Source: Candidatus Pacearchaeota archaeon (GTDB lineage: Archaea; Nanobdellota; Nanobdellia; Pacearchaeales; GW2011-AR1). Taken from it: 49,233 bases of DNA. Made by a program: the position numbers and the translations under genes. This document shows, piece by piece, positions 29,691 through 39,553 of this stretch (the first letter of the stretch is position 1; every line of letters starts with the position of its first letter). The stretch lies in assembly GCA_018304165.1 (NCBI GenBank), contig JAGVWS010000011.1, positions 1 through 49,233 on the forward strand, written 5' to 3'. The notes under the pieces are model-generated. The model did not search any database. It saw only the letters and a list, made by a program, of their open reading frames with translations, and was not told the origin of the DNA.

Positions 29691-30608
29691 ATGGAAGAAC
29701 GAAAACTGATAAAGCAAGGCGGAGGCGGACTTACAATCTACCTTCCTAAGAAGTGGCTTGACAGGAAAGGGCTGAAGGAAGGAGATAAGGTAAGCGTCAT
29801 TGAAGACGAAGGTTCATTGATTATTGAAGGGAAAGTTAACAAAAAGAACGAAATCATAATTGGCATTAATGAGTCTAATATTAATGACTTAAGACACCTG
29901 CTCACTCACGCTTACAGGAGAGGTTTTAGTAGAATAATCATCAATCATGAAAGAACTGAAAGAATCATCAAAGAAGTAAAGAAAGTTGTAAGTAACGTTC
30001 TGCTAGGTTTTGAATTAACAAAAATTGAAGGAAATGAACTACTGATAGAAAACATCTCCGAGCCAAGCGAAGAAAAATATGAAGTGATGATGCAGAAAGT
30101 TTTTCTGGTAATAAGTGAAACAATGCAATTAATGTCTAACGATTTTTCCAAGGGAAAGTTTGATGATGCTAATGAGATGAAAGAACTTCGAGACCAGTCT
30201 GACAAATTCATAATCTTCTGCAAGAGGCTGTTAAGCAAGAACAAGCATGAAAGAAACCTGCTCTTTGAATGGGAATTTTTGACATTCATGATGGATATCC
30301 AGCACACATGCTACTACCTATACCACTATTGCTATGATAACAAAATAAAAGGCACTAAAGAAATGATAGCATTTAGCAAAGAATTAGAATCATACTTTTC
30401 TCACCTAAAAACAGCCTATAACAAAAAAGACGCAGCAACAGTCCACAAGATCAATGAATTAAAGAAGAAATACCACTTTGGTGACATCACTAAAATGATT
30501 GAGAAATCAAGAGGCAAAGAAAGCAGTGTTTACGCTTATTTTAGAGAAGTATTCAGAAGCATTCAATTATCAACAAGCCCGATAATGTCCATGAGTTTTA
30601 AGTACTAA
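29691..30608 (+). CDS. AbrB/SpoVT-PhoU phosphate-uptake-regulator-like protein
   Basis: RKLIKQGGGGLTIYLPKKW...LKEGD; AYRRG; LLGFE; helical PhoU-like C-terminus. Confidence 0.85.
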   Translation: MEERKLIKQGGGGLTIYLPKKWLDRKGLKEGDKVSVIEDEGSLIIEGKVNKKNEIIIGINESNINDLRHLLTHAYRRGFSRIIINHERTERIIKEVKKVVSNVLLGFELTKIEGNELLIENISEPSEEKYEVMMQKVFLVISETMQLMSNDFSKGKFDDANEMKELRDQSDKFIIFCKRLLSKNKHERNLLFEWEFLTFMMDIQHTCYYLYHYCYDNKIKGTKEMIAFSKELESYFSHLKTAYNKKDAATVHKINELKKKYHFGDITKMIEKSRGKESSVYAYFREVFRSIQLSTSPIMSMSFKY

Positions 30609-30664
30609 AAAACACTTTATATAGCGTGCTTCAGAATTAAAAGATTTACAAACCGCATCAAATA

Positions 30665-30678
30665 GAAAGCTTTAAATA
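30665..30678 (+). promoter_or_regulatory. BRE+TATA promoter of MNT-HEPN module 1
   Basis: GAAAGC TTTAAATA. Confidence 0.6.
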
Positions 30679-30691
30679 TACTCTTACTCAT

Positions 30692-31264
30692 ATGAATAAT
30701 ATGTTACTCAATAATAAAAAGGTATTAATCTTGGAACAGTTTGTACTAGATTATGATACTAAGAAGTATGGAAGAGATATTGCGAAGAGACTGAAACTAA
30801 ACCAGAAGACTGTTGCTAATATGCTGAACGAACTGGAAAGAGAAGATATCCTGAAATATTCACGGGAAGGAAAGAACAAATATTATTTTCTGAACAAGCT
30901 TAATCCGCACATCAGAGAAATTATTAAATTGGTTGAAGTTGGCAGAAAAATCAGGTTTTTAGAAAAGAATTCTAAATTAAAGGACCTTTTTAATAAACTA
31001 GAAGAAAGAGCCAGCGGGATGGTTCTTATTTTTGGCAGTTATGCAAGCGGGAAGAGCAATGATAAGTCAGACCTTGATGTTTTTGTCATTGGAAGCATAA
31101 AGGATATTAAAGATTTAGAAGATCTCTACAATATTAAAATAAATATTGTAAAAAGCATCAAGAACAAATTTGACAAGAATGAAATTTTTATTAATGAAAT
31201 AATTAAAAATCATATTATTCTCAAAGGAATAGAGGAGTATATCGGTTTAGCATGGCAAGCATAA
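30692..31264 (+). CDS. wHTH-MNT (minimal nucleotidyltransferase) antitoxin-like
   Basis: N-terminal HTH; FGSYASG....SDLDV. Confidence 0.88.
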   Translation: MNNMLLNNKKVLILEQFVLDYDTKKYGRDIAKRLKLNQKTVANMLNELEREDILKYSREGKNKYYFLNKLNPHIREIIKLVEVGRKIRFLEKNSKLKDLFNKLEERASGMVLIFGSYASGKSNDKSDLDVFVIGSIKDIKDLEDLYNIKINIVKSIKNKFDKNEIFINEIIKNHIILKGIEEYIGLAWQA

Positions 31265-31734
31265 AATGGTGCTGCGCACAAAAAGAAGGGATTAGGTTAA
31301 TTGAGCCCAGCGATAACCTGGCGTCAGGTTATATGAAGATGGCTGAGGATGCAATAGGCACAATGAACAGAGAGAGAAATTACAATCCTGCCTTCGCAGT
31401 ATCTGCATGTTATTACTCAATGTATTATTCACTTTATTCAATAATGATGAAAATAGGAATCAAATGTGAAATTCATTCATGCAGCCTGGAATTTATGAGG
31501 AGATTTTTGAACAAATTTTATTCTTCAGAATATATTAAAATTATAGAGAGGGCATTTGGATGCAGAGGGATAGCGCAGTATTATGTTGATAAAGTTGTCA
31601 GAAGAGAAGATTCCGATTTTATAATGCTTAAAGCCCCATTTTTCTTATCAAAGTCCAAAGAGATTCTTTCCAAAATAAACCAGAAAGATATTCAGGAAGT
31701 AAGAAAAGGATTATCTTTATTTCTGCCGGAATAA
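31252..31734 (+). CDS. HEPN domain protein
   Basis: YYSMYY, KCEIHSC, R..AQYY. Confidence 0.85.
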   Translation: MASIKWCCAQKEGIRLIEPSDNLASGYMKMAEDAIGTMNRERNYNPAFAVSACYYSMYYSLYSIMMKIGIKCEIHSCSLEFMRRFLNKFYSSEYIKIIERAFGCRGIAQYYVDKVVRREDSDFIMLKAPFFLSKSKEILSKINQKDIQEVRKGLSLFLPE

Positions 31735-31764
31735 TCAACAAGCCCAATAATGTCCATGAGTTTT
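31734..31764 (+). repeat. Duplicated 3' end of the AbrB-PhoU gene (direct repeat of 30569-30599)
   Basis: 30/31 identity; the single difference is synonymous CCG/CCA. Confidence 0.9.
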
Positions 31765-31981
31765 GGATATTATAGTATCTCCGATGGATGATATTATGGC
31801 TTACAGAAATATAGCTATGAGAGATACTTCTATTATCCTTAATATGATTAGCAAGTTTAATGAGCAGGTTAGCAACGACAAATGGTTAGGTGCTTATCAA
31901 AAGTTAATTTAAGAGGGTTAGAGCTAATGGTGGTTGATTCTGAAGTTATTGCTAAATTGTGGCTGGAGCGAAGATATTCTA

Positions 31982-33628
31982 TTAACGATTCTTCATCCTC
32001 TCTTCTCTGCGTTCTTTTAAAATTCTGTCAGCAGTGCCTTCGCCCTGCTCTTCATCAAGCTTCTTCTTGGCTTCATAAAGAAGCTTTAGTGTTTCCCATC
32101 TTTCGCGAGCATGGTCATAAGGGTCGTGAAAGGCAGAATTTTGAGGGAACCTTTGCCAATTATCAATAGCAGGATTGGCGTATTTACCTACTGCCTCCCA
32201 TGCCCTTGAATTCTCCATGTCTACAAGTATTGGAGCAATATCGTCATATTTTGTGCTTCCATTAGCCATCATAATTGCTTCATAAGTAGCCCTTGAATCA
32301 AAAAAGGCGGCTGTTGCTGTTCTTGGATCCTCTAACAAATCAAGCCAGCCCTGAAATTCTCTGGTCTGATAGTAATTAATATCGTTAAGATTCAAAGTGT
32401 TAATATTTCTATCTTTTCCACCAGTAAGAAATATACTAACTACTCCGCCTTTCTTTTCAAACTCTACATCATTCTTACTGGATTCTAATTTTTCTTCTAA
32501 AGCTACTTTTGTAGAGTTCAAGTCAACAAATTTGTTCATTATGGGAATTGCACCTAGGGTTAAAGCCGCTCCAATGCCTGCAACAACACACAATCTCTTA
32601 ATCCTGGATATGGGTTTTGAGCGCTCATATTTCTTAAGAGCTTTATTGAACTCATTCTGCAATACTTCGCCGTTTTCAGGCCTGTTTTTTGGATTATAAG
32701 AAAGGCAAGAACGAAGAAATGGTTTGAGAGCTTTAGGGATATCAGCCAAAGAATCTTCAACTAGTCCCTCATATTCATGTTGTCCCATATTCTGAATTGC
32801 TAAAACCGGATCAATAGTTTCCTCTAACTTTTTTTGCGTTGGATATTTGCCTGTTAATAACCTTACTCCGAGAGCGCCTACTGACCAGACATCTGATTGA
32901 GTAGTTGGATGAGAATCAGTTCTAAATTGTTCAGGAGCTCTGATTGCAATAAAACCAATGTTATCCCTCGGGCTCCTGCTCCATTCTTCTGGACTGACAG
33001 TTGTGGCAGTGCCTGTATCTGCAATAACGATTCTTCTGTTAACAAGACCGGCAGGCTGATAATCCATCAGATTAGCAGGATTCAAATCACCATGAACCCT
33101 GTCAAAATCTGCGTGCAATTCTTTAACGCCATGAACAATATCGCCGAGATACTCCATTTGTAAATCTCTAAATAATTTGGGATTAGAATCCGAGCCCCAG
33201 TTCATCATTTCTTCTAGAGTAGCTCTACACTGGGGCATCCAGATAAATGGCTTTTTATCATCATCCTCAAAAACAACTGATGGGAGAACATAACTAGCTG
33301 GCTGAAAACGAACTTCTCTGGTAATAACTGCGTCATCATTAATCACTCTATGTTCTCTCTGCTTCTGGGAAATTTTTGAATGAGAAAGAAGCTTGATAGC
33401 ACCATATTGCCCTGTTCTTTGATCGCGAGCAGCATAAACAACGCCATTACTCCCCTGGCCTAACTTCCTGCCGACAATGAATCGCTGTGAATTAATAACT
33501 CTCGGAGTTATCTCGCCAAAATCTCTGATTGAGCCGGCCCTGATTAATTCTTCATGAGTCATACCTTGATAAGCAGTATCATCAATAAGCTGAAAATTTT
33601 CACCGCCTGCCGATTCGTCCTTAGTCAT
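31982..33628 (-). CDS. Membrane-anchored Hanks-type Ser/Thr protein kinase
   Basis: LGQGSNGVVY, AIK, HGDLNPAN, DTG, APE, SDVWSVG; one TM, then a C-terminal domain. Confidence 0.9.
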   Translation of the reverse strand: MTKDESAGGENFQLIDDTAYQGMTHEELIRAGSIRDFGEITPRVINSQRFIVGRKLGQGSNGVVYAARDQRTGQYGAIKLLSHSKISQKQREHRVINDDAVITREVRFQPASYVLPSVVFEDDDKKPFIWMPQCRATLEEMMNWGSDSNPKLFRDLQMEYLGDIVHGVKELHADFDRVHGDLNPANLMDYQPAGLVNRRIVIADTGTATTVSPEEWSRSPRDNIGFIAIRAPEQFRTDSHPTTQSDVWSVGALGVRLLTGKYPTQKKLEETIDPVLAIQNMGQHEYEGLVEDSLADIPKALKPFLRSCLSYNPKNRPENGEVLQNEFNKALKKYERSKPISRIKRLCVVAGIGAALTLGAIPIMNKFVDLNSTKVALEEKLESSKNDVEFEKKGGVVSIFLTGGKDRNINTLNLNDINYYQTREFQGWLDLLEDPRTATAAFFDSRATYEAIMMANGSTKYDDIAPILVDMENSRAWEAVGKYANPAIDNWQRFPQNSAFHDPYDHARERWETLKLLYEAKKKLDEEQGEGTADRILKERREERMKNR

Positions 33629-33798
33629 TTTATCCCCTCCACTACTTCTTTCTCTTCCGGGCTATCAATAACATCAATCGCCAGCTTCACGATAGTGCCG
33701 GGCTTTAATTTATTTTCAAGAAATCTCGGAATAACAATTATCGCCTGCGAGCCATGCTTGGCGATGCGCTTGGTGAGGGAGAATTTTTTGGAGGTCAT
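33625..33798 (-). CDS. 57-aa AbrB-like protein (not in ORF track)
   Basis: MTSKKFSLTKRIAKHGSQAIIVIPRFLENKLKPGTIVKLAIDVI...; ATGA overlaps at both ends, GGAGG RBS. Confidence 0.85.
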   Translation of the reverse strand: MTSKKFSLTKRIAKHGSQAIIVIPRFLENKLKPGTIVKLAIDVIDSPEEKEVVEGIK

Positions 33799-34283
33799 TT
33801 TCCTTTCCTCCTCAATATTTTATCCAATCCTACGGCTGCTGCAGCTCCAGCAGCATAAGCGATGAAATCACCAGGCATATTCCAATCAGCGTATTGAGAG
33901 TCGAATATTTTGGCGTACAAACCAAGATGCTCAGAAACTTCCAGAGCATAAGTAAGTACAGTTACTGCAAGAGCGGGTTTTAAAAGAGATTTTGAAACTT
34001 TTGGATTTCTAAAAGCAAGAGTTCCTCCAAACGCAGAAATAGCATTCCACCCGTACTCACGAACGAAGCCTTCAGGAATCTTAGCTAATTTTCCAATAAC
34101 ATAAGTAGCAACAAGTAGAGGAAAAGGGGTTAATAAACCACCAAGAAGTATAGAAGAGGCTGAACTTTCACCAATTTTAATAATGGGAGTATCAAATACT
34201 CTCGTCATCACTCTACTTCTGATGTTGCTATGGCTAAATGAATCACTATCTTTTTCAACTCCTATTTCTAAAGTGGATTCCAT
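33795..34283 (-). CDS. Multi-TM membrane protein (start likely 34283)
   Basis: Hydrophobic segments; LEVSEHLG...GDFIAY..G, reminiscent of VanZ-like membrane proteins. Confidence 0.65.
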   Translation of the reverse strand: MESTLEIGVEKDSDSFSHSNIRSRVMTRVFDTPIIKIGESSASSILLGGLLTPFPLLVATYVIGKLAKIPEGFVREYGWNAISAFGGTLAFRNPKVSKSLLKPALAVTVLTYALEVSEHLGLYAKIFDSQYADWNMPGDFIAYAAGAAAAVGLDKILRRKGK

Positions 34284-34407
34284 TTTATGTATAAAATACA
34301 TAAGCCTAAAGGGTATTTAAACCTTATGGAATGTGATTACTTAAAAGTTACATTAAAAGTACGCATCAGTAAAGATTTATATATCCAAGAATGGCTATTA
34401 ATCACCC

Positions 34408-34905
34408 ATGGCAATTGTAAGAATTCAGCGTTATGTTGACAGAAATAAAGGATATCAGGCTCTTGATGAAGGCACTGTATCAGTCTGGGCTCCCTCTTTC
34501 AGGTGGCATCTTAATCACGGAACGCAGGTCGGGGTTGAGGCGGCAATGCCAAACCTTTCGCAGAGATTTATAGGAGGGCTTCTTGTTGCAGAAGGCGACG
34601 AACTGCTTGTTACAGCGTCAGTTGATGGCTCCGGAGAAGCTGGAATGCAGAGAAGAAGATTTCTAGATATGGATTACGGATACTTCCGCGACGGACAGGT
34701 GAAAGATTTAGGAGAGTTATTATCATCCGGAAGAGAAATACACCTGTTTGCCGGAAGCAACAGAACCACTTATGATTCGTATGGGAGAGTGCTGGTATTT
34801 TCATTAAAAGCTCCTCCGGAAGAGTATTACGAGAGAGTGCAGGAATTAAGAGCGATAGTCATGGGGTTTGATGCTGGGGGGAAGAGAAGAGTCAAAAAGG
34901 CTTAA
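34408..34905 (+). CDS. Hypothetical protein
   Basis: 165 aa ORF with TTTATATA box upstream. Confidence 0.65.
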   Translation: MAIVRIQRYVDRNKGYQALDEGTVSVWAPSFRWHLNHGTQVGVEAAMPNLSQRFIGGLLVAEGDELLVTASVDGSGEAGMQRRRFLDMDYGYFRDGQVKDLGELLSSGREIHLFAGSNRTTYDSYGRVLVFSLKAPPEEYYERVQELRAIVMGFDAGGKRRVKKA

Positions 34906-34989
34906 ATATTAGTAATCCCTAAGGATTACATCAAAATTTGTAACTAAATTTTGTGGCTTAAAAAATTAAAACCCCCAAATTTTTAAACT

Positions 34990-35223
34990 ATGAAGACTAT
35001 TACTGTTAAATTGCCTGAGCGAGAAGCTGAAGAGTTAGACTTATTTGTCAGGGGAAGTGGTTTATCAAAATCTGAATTTATAAGACATTTGCTTATTCAA
35101 AAAATTGGTTTAGACAGAAAAGAAAAACTTGGCTGGATGATGATAGCTGAGAAAGCATTAGCTAAAAGATGGGATAATCCTAAAGACAATAAAGTTTGGA
35201 GCAAATATCTAGAAAATGATTGA
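34990..35223 (+). CDS. Ribbon-helix-helix antitoxin
   Basis: KTITVKLP...LD......SKSEFIR; C-terminal E..L...WD.P.D..VW. Confidence 0.85.
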   Translation: MKTITVKLPEREAEELDLFVRGSGLSKSEFIRHLLIQKIGLDRKEKLGWMMIAEKALAKRWDNPKDNKVWSKYLEND

Positions 35224-35647
35224 ACAAGGTAATTTATTATTAGCACCATTCCCCTTTTCAGACCAATCTGGAAGAAAGGTAAGACCAATAATTGTGATAA
35301 GCAATAATCGTTACAATCAGTATCATGATGATTTGGTAGTTGTTGGAGTTACTTCAAACTTGTTTAAAGACCCCTACTACATTGATTTTACTAATTCTGA
35401 CCTTGATTTTGGCAATTTAACGGCTATTTGTCAAATAATGACTGATGCTCTAACATTAATGGACAAAGAACTATAACGAGAGACCAAAATATTTCACCAT
35501 GTTTTTTGTTCTCTCGAATATATCATAAGACATTATGAGGAAATATTAAAGTCTTATGCTATAATAAGAAAGAGAATAGGTAGAGTTAATAGAAACAAGA
35601 TGAAAGCGATTAATGACAAAATCTTAGAGTTAATAAAGATAAAATGA
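35216..35647 (+). pseudogene. PemK/MazF toxin interrupted by a 90-bp hairpin insertion
   Basis: PFPFSD...K.RP..VIS..VTS; the C-terminus IRKRIGRV...IKIK resumes at 35564. Confidence 0.85.
35474..35563. mobile_element. Family-B composite of two TA-flanked hairpins
   Basis: TA duplication (35472-73/35562-63); the modules recur at 38505-38664 and 39554-39645. Confidence 0.85.
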
Positions 35648-35778
35648 CGATTCTCACTACTAAAGTCGTAAAAGTTGATGGAGAGTATGGAGTGTATTTT
35701 CCAAAATGGTTTGTTAAGAAAGAAAATTTAAAAGAAAGACAAAAACTTACAATTAATATTATTGCTGTTGAACATTAA
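35644..35778 (+). CDS. 44-aa AbrB-like protein (not in ORF track)
   Basis: MTILTTKVVKVDGEYGVYFPKWFVKKENLKERQKLTINI; ATGA overlap with the restored toxin stop. Confidence 0.7.
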   Translation: MTILTTKVVKVDGEYGVYFPKWFVKKENLKERQKLTINIIAVEH

Positions 35779-36161
35779 TTAGCAGGCTCACTCAAATAAC
35801 CCTTTATCTCTTCAATCATTTTCTTAACCTCGTCAGTCATCGGCGCCCTTCCTTCCTCAGCAAGAACTTTGCGGGCTTTTCTTATTATCTTTGCAAATGG
35901 GATGAGAGGAATGGATCTTTGCTCTGCACCCATACATAAAGCAGATTTGTAAAGTATATCTGTGTAAAGCCCTGCTTTGAGATTTAGTATCTGCCCTCTT
36001 GGAGAGAATGTTTCTTCTTTAAGAATTTTGTATATGGGGCAGAGAGATTTTGAAAACCCCGTTTCTATAACATCAGAATTTCCGGCTGCATCCATTATTA
36101 ATTCATGAACCTCTTCCTTTGCGTTGTGAGACTCAATGGTTTCCTTAGCCTGTTTTTTCAT
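35775..36161 (-). CDS. Degenerate 4Fe-4S dicluster (GlcF N-terminal-like) protein; start likely MKKQ
   Basis: GFSKSLCPIY...SPRG...YKSALCMGAE; most cluster Cys are replaced. Confidence 0.65.
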   Translation of the reverse strand: MKKQAKETIESHNAKEEVHELIMDAAGNSDVIETGFSKSLCPIYKILKEETFSPRGQILNLKAGLYTDILYKSALCMGAEQRSIPLIPFAKIIRKARKVLAEEGRAPMTDEVKKMIEEIKGYLSEPAN

Positions 36162-37641
36162 TTTGAATATTATCCTCTTTAATTTTCCCAAGCTCCTTAT
36201 CAAGCTCTTCAACTTCTCTCAACAGCTTCTCAAATTTTTCTGTTATGATATCATCACTGATATTATTAATCTCTTTTGTTGTATTATTAACTTCGCTTAT
36301 TTTATTAGCAGCACCTTTAATAGTACCAGCTGCTTCATCAAGAGCATCAGCTTTTTTGAGCGTATCATTGATGTTATCAGTTTTATTAGCAGCCTCTTTG
36401 GTAGTTTCTTCAGCAATCTCCTTGGATATTTCCCTCTTTATTTCATTGTCAATTCTTTCACCACCTTCACCGGCATCAATTATAACTCCTCTGTTTAGCT
36501 TGTTTTTTGGATCATAGCGCTTCTTTATCCTCTCAACGAGCTTCTTGTCGTTTATGTCAAGAAATTCTTTTTTTAACCTTCCAACTCCATAGGTTCCTGC
36601 TACCTGCCCCCTTATCTTTCTTACAAACATTCTTAAGTTGTTTATTTTGTCGTCCTCGTTCTCCTTGAAAACAGGATGTATTATTCCAGGTCCGAGATTT
36701 GCATAGTAAGGAATATCATTAAGAGAAAGGTATTCTGATAAGTCGGGAAGCTTGTCAAGGAATATTTTTGGATCATCACTCTTTACATAGCCGGACTGCG
36801 CTATAAGCCATGGCAGTTCCTCTACTGCCTTTATCCTGCTCTTGTAGTCTTCGCCTTTAAACTCCCCGTCATTAGATTCAAATTCAACAAAGAGGTGATA
36901 ATTATTAGAAAGCCCAAGTATCAGAGAGAGGCGGCCGTCAAATAATTGTATTATGCTTACGCCCGGAAGAAGCCTGAGTTTCCTGACTAATTCAATTACT
37001 TTAAATAGCTCGTCAGAGCGGTAAATTGTCAGGCTTCTTTTAGGCCTGCTTATGAGCTTTAGCTTTGCTCTGTAAATGACTCCTGTTATTCCTTCCATTC
37101 CGACAAAGTTGGATGCGTCAATCCTGCTTATTCTTTGCAGCCTGCCCTGCCCGTCCACAATATCCATCTCCAATACCAAGTCAGCCATTCTCTTGTACTT
37201 TGTGCTTCTCGGTCCGCTGGCGTTCACAGCGAGCATCCCTCCTATAGTGCAGATGGACTTTGAGAGGGGAGATATTGGAAACTCCAATTCGTATTTTTCA
37301 AGCCTGTCGTTAAGCTCCTGCAAAATAACTCCTGCTTCAACTACTGCGGTTTTTCTTGCAGGATCAATATCAATAATTTTATCCATCTTGCTCAGGTCAA
37401 TTACTACAGAATTTTCTGATGCAGGCACACAGCCGCCCATCAATCCGCTTCCGCCTCCTCTTATTGTTATATTTTTGTTCATAACAATTATGCTCTGGAG
37501 TTCTTTTTCATCAAGAGGAGCAATTACTTTAAGAGCTTCTCCAGACAGGCCGCTTGCGTCTGTTGAATAAGCGTTGAGCTTTAATTCTTTAGAAAGCTCT
37601 TCATCAGCTTTTTCGCTTCTTAATTTATTTATACCATTCAT
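36145..37641 (-). CDS. FAD-binding oxidoreductase (GlcD/D-lactate dehydrogenase-like) with coiled-coil tail
   Basis: YSTDAS, RGGGSGL.GG, CTIGGM...NASG..S.KY, GMEGITG, YDPKNKLNRG. Confidence 0.88.
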   Translation of the reverse strand: MNGINKLRSEKADEELSKELKLNAYSTDASGLSGEALKVIAPLDEKELQSIIVMNKNITIRGGGSGLMGGCVPASENSVVIDLSKMDKIIDIDPARKTAVVEAGVILQELNDRLEKYELEFPISPLSKSICTIGGMLAVNASGPRSTKYKRMADLVLEMDIVDGQGRLQRISRIDASNFVGMEGITGVIYRAKLKLISRPKRSLTIYRSDELFKVIELVRKLRLLPGVSIIQLFDGRLSLILGLSNNYHLFVEFESNDGEFKGEDYKSRIKAVEELPWLIAQSGYVKSDDPKIFLDKLPDLSEYLSLNDIPYYANLGPGIIHPVFKENEDDKINNLRMFVRKIRGQVAGTYGVGRLKKEFLDINDKKLVERIKKRYDPKNKLNRGVIIDAGEGGERIDNEIKREISKEIAEETTKEAANKTDNINDTLKKADALDEAAGTIKGAANKISEVNNTTKEINNISDDIITEKFEKLLREVEELDKELGKIKEDNIQNEKTG

Positions 37642-38414
37642 GCTCTTGCTCCTATTTGTTTAATTCCAAGAGCGTGGCATATTAATTCAGAAATTTCAAA
37701 GACTCTTATTTCTGGGAATCCTGAAGAGTTTCTCTTTAAGTGTTCTGAAGTTCTTATTCCGGAAGTTACTAAAATATTAACCTTTGAGTCTCTGGCCTGC
37801 CTTAGCCTTTCCTTTGCTATTTCATCTGCGAGTTCAGGGTTTGTCTCAGGCAAACCCCCGCAAGAGCCGCTTGAAAATGAGTCTTCTCTTGAATATTTTA
37901 ATTCTGTTAAACTGTGGCCGAGGACATGCAAAATATTCCGCGGAGTGTCATAAATTCCGCAGTATCTGCCAAGATAGGAAGGGTCGTGGTAAGTTAGGCT
38001 TAAGGCATTGTCCTCCTTAAGCTTCTTCTTCCTGAGCCTTTTAAGTATTACTTCCAGGGCGAATTCTATTTCAATATTCCAATCCATTATGAACTCTTTG
38101 TAATCCTGGCTTAGTGCCTTAAAACACTCGGGGCACACAGCAATTATTCTCTTAATCCCGAGAGTTTTAAGCATCTTTAGGTTTCTGCGCGCTATCTTTA
38201 TGAAGTCTTTTTCATAGCCTAAATCCAAGGCCAGCGAGCCGCAGATGAGAGGCTTGCCTAGCTTCTCCGGGCTGATAAAATCAATCCCTAATTTGTCCAA
38301 TATTTCTTCATAATTCTCTCTTAACTCTTTATTGTCATACTTTCCAAGAAGGCATCCTGTATGAAGGATAGCCTTTCCTTTTTTCCCGCCCTTTACAAGC
38401 CCAAATAATGCCAT
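37638..38414 (-). CDS. Cysteine-rich (CCG) Fe-S domain protein (GlcF/HdrD-like)
   Basis: HTGC, ICG, VCPEC, TYHDPSYLGR, YDTPR. Confidence 0.85.
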   Translation of the reverse strand: MALFGLVKGGKKGKAILHTGCLLGKYDNKELRENYEEILDKLGIDFISPEKLGKPLICGSLALDLGYEKDFIKIARRNLKMLKTLGIKRIIAVCPECFKALSQDYKEFIMDWNIEIEFALEVILKRLRKKKLKEDNALSLTYHDPSYLGRYCGIYDTPRNILHVLGHSLTELKYSREDSFSSGSCGGLPETNPELADEIAKERLRQARDSKVNILVTSGIRTSEHLKRNSSGFPEIRVFEISELICHALGIKQIGARA

Positions 38415-38504
38415 GAAATAAAGAAACTTTGTAGAGTTAAAAGGATTTATTTGGTGCAGGATAATATAGCGTTATGTTGATATCAAACTTTAATGCTATA
38501 TTAA

Positions 38505-38664
38505 TATAACGAGAGACCAAAATATTTTACCATGTTTTTTGTTCTCTCGAATATGTCAAGATGCTGGAGCTTGCATCTTGAGCACACTCAAGATGTCAAA
38601 ATGTTGAAGTATTACATTTTGAGCAACAGACAAAATGGTCAAATACCTAAGTCTGTTGCTGTAG
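38505..38664. mobile_element. Family-B composite hairpin with nested family-A insertion (38555-38621)
   Basis: Aligns to 39554-39645 except for 67 extra bp made of two TGTCAA..TTGAGCA hairpins. Confidence 0.85.
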
Positions 38665-38804
38665 ATTTAATTGGAAATAAACTCATTAACTTTACTTGGT
38701 AGGCAAATTATATCCACAATAACCTAATTAACTAAATATCAGCGTCATTCGCTCAACTAAACTTATGCATCATCTTAAACTTCCACCGTAGTTTATGCCT
38801 TAGA

Positions 38805-39335
38805 TTAATTGGGCATACTCTGCGTAGCATTTTTTACATAACTATCAATCTCAACGCCGATGCTGTTTGAGAAATCCTTGAAATAAATATCATTAGTAAA
38901 AATCATTGGAATGATTATTGGCTCTTCCACAGAATAGTTTTCAATGAACTCCTTAAAGAGCTTTTTGTTGTCAGGGTCAAAGGACATCTCGTGCATCTTT
39001 AAATTTATTGAGGAGTACTTCTTTTTGAGGCCTTCCATGAAAGCTCTTCCTTCAATGCATCGCGAGCAGTCCTTGGAGTTTTCATAGAAGTAGTGTATCT
39101 CAATGAGCTTTGGCTTGGCCGTCTCAAGAGACTTGACGGCCTCAGCGCTGATTGTCGGCTCTGGAGAAGGAATGGTGAAGAAGTAAATCATAATCAGAAT
39201 TACTGACACAGCAAAGATAGCATTTGGGATGTTTACAAATTTTTTCCATACGTGTTGACCGGCCTCTTTTTTGTACGGCTGGAGCTTTCCCACGGCGCTT
39301 AAATCTTTCAAGTCAGCTAAGTGCTCTTCTGGCAT
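38805..39335 (-). CDS. Membrane-anchored thioredoxin/glutaredoxin-fold protein (start likely 39335)
   Basis: One TM; YFYE...CSRC; cis-Pro motif IIPMIF. Confidence 0.75.
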   Translation of the reverse strand: MPEEHLADLKDLSAVGKLQPYKKEAGQHVWKKFVNIPNAIFAVSVILIMIYFFTIPSPEPTISAEAVKSLETAKPKLIEIHYFYENSKDCSRCIEGRAFMEGLKKKYSSINLKMHEMSFDPDNKKLFKEFIENYSVEEPIIIPMIFTNDIYFKDFSNSIGVEIDSYVKNATQSMPN

Positions 39336-39553
39336 AAAGAACAAGGGCAGGAGGAATTTATAAACATTGATGTTGCAGGAAGCGGTCAAAATGAATTGGG
39401 ATGAGAATTATCATAAGGGCTATAAGATCAACAAATAAGTACCTCTGAATGTACATAAGATAGTGTTACAAAAATTGTATCACTTAGAAAAATCAACCAA
39501 GCAAAGATTTGTAAAATATGATGTTTGTAGATAACATAAAATATAAAGTATGT

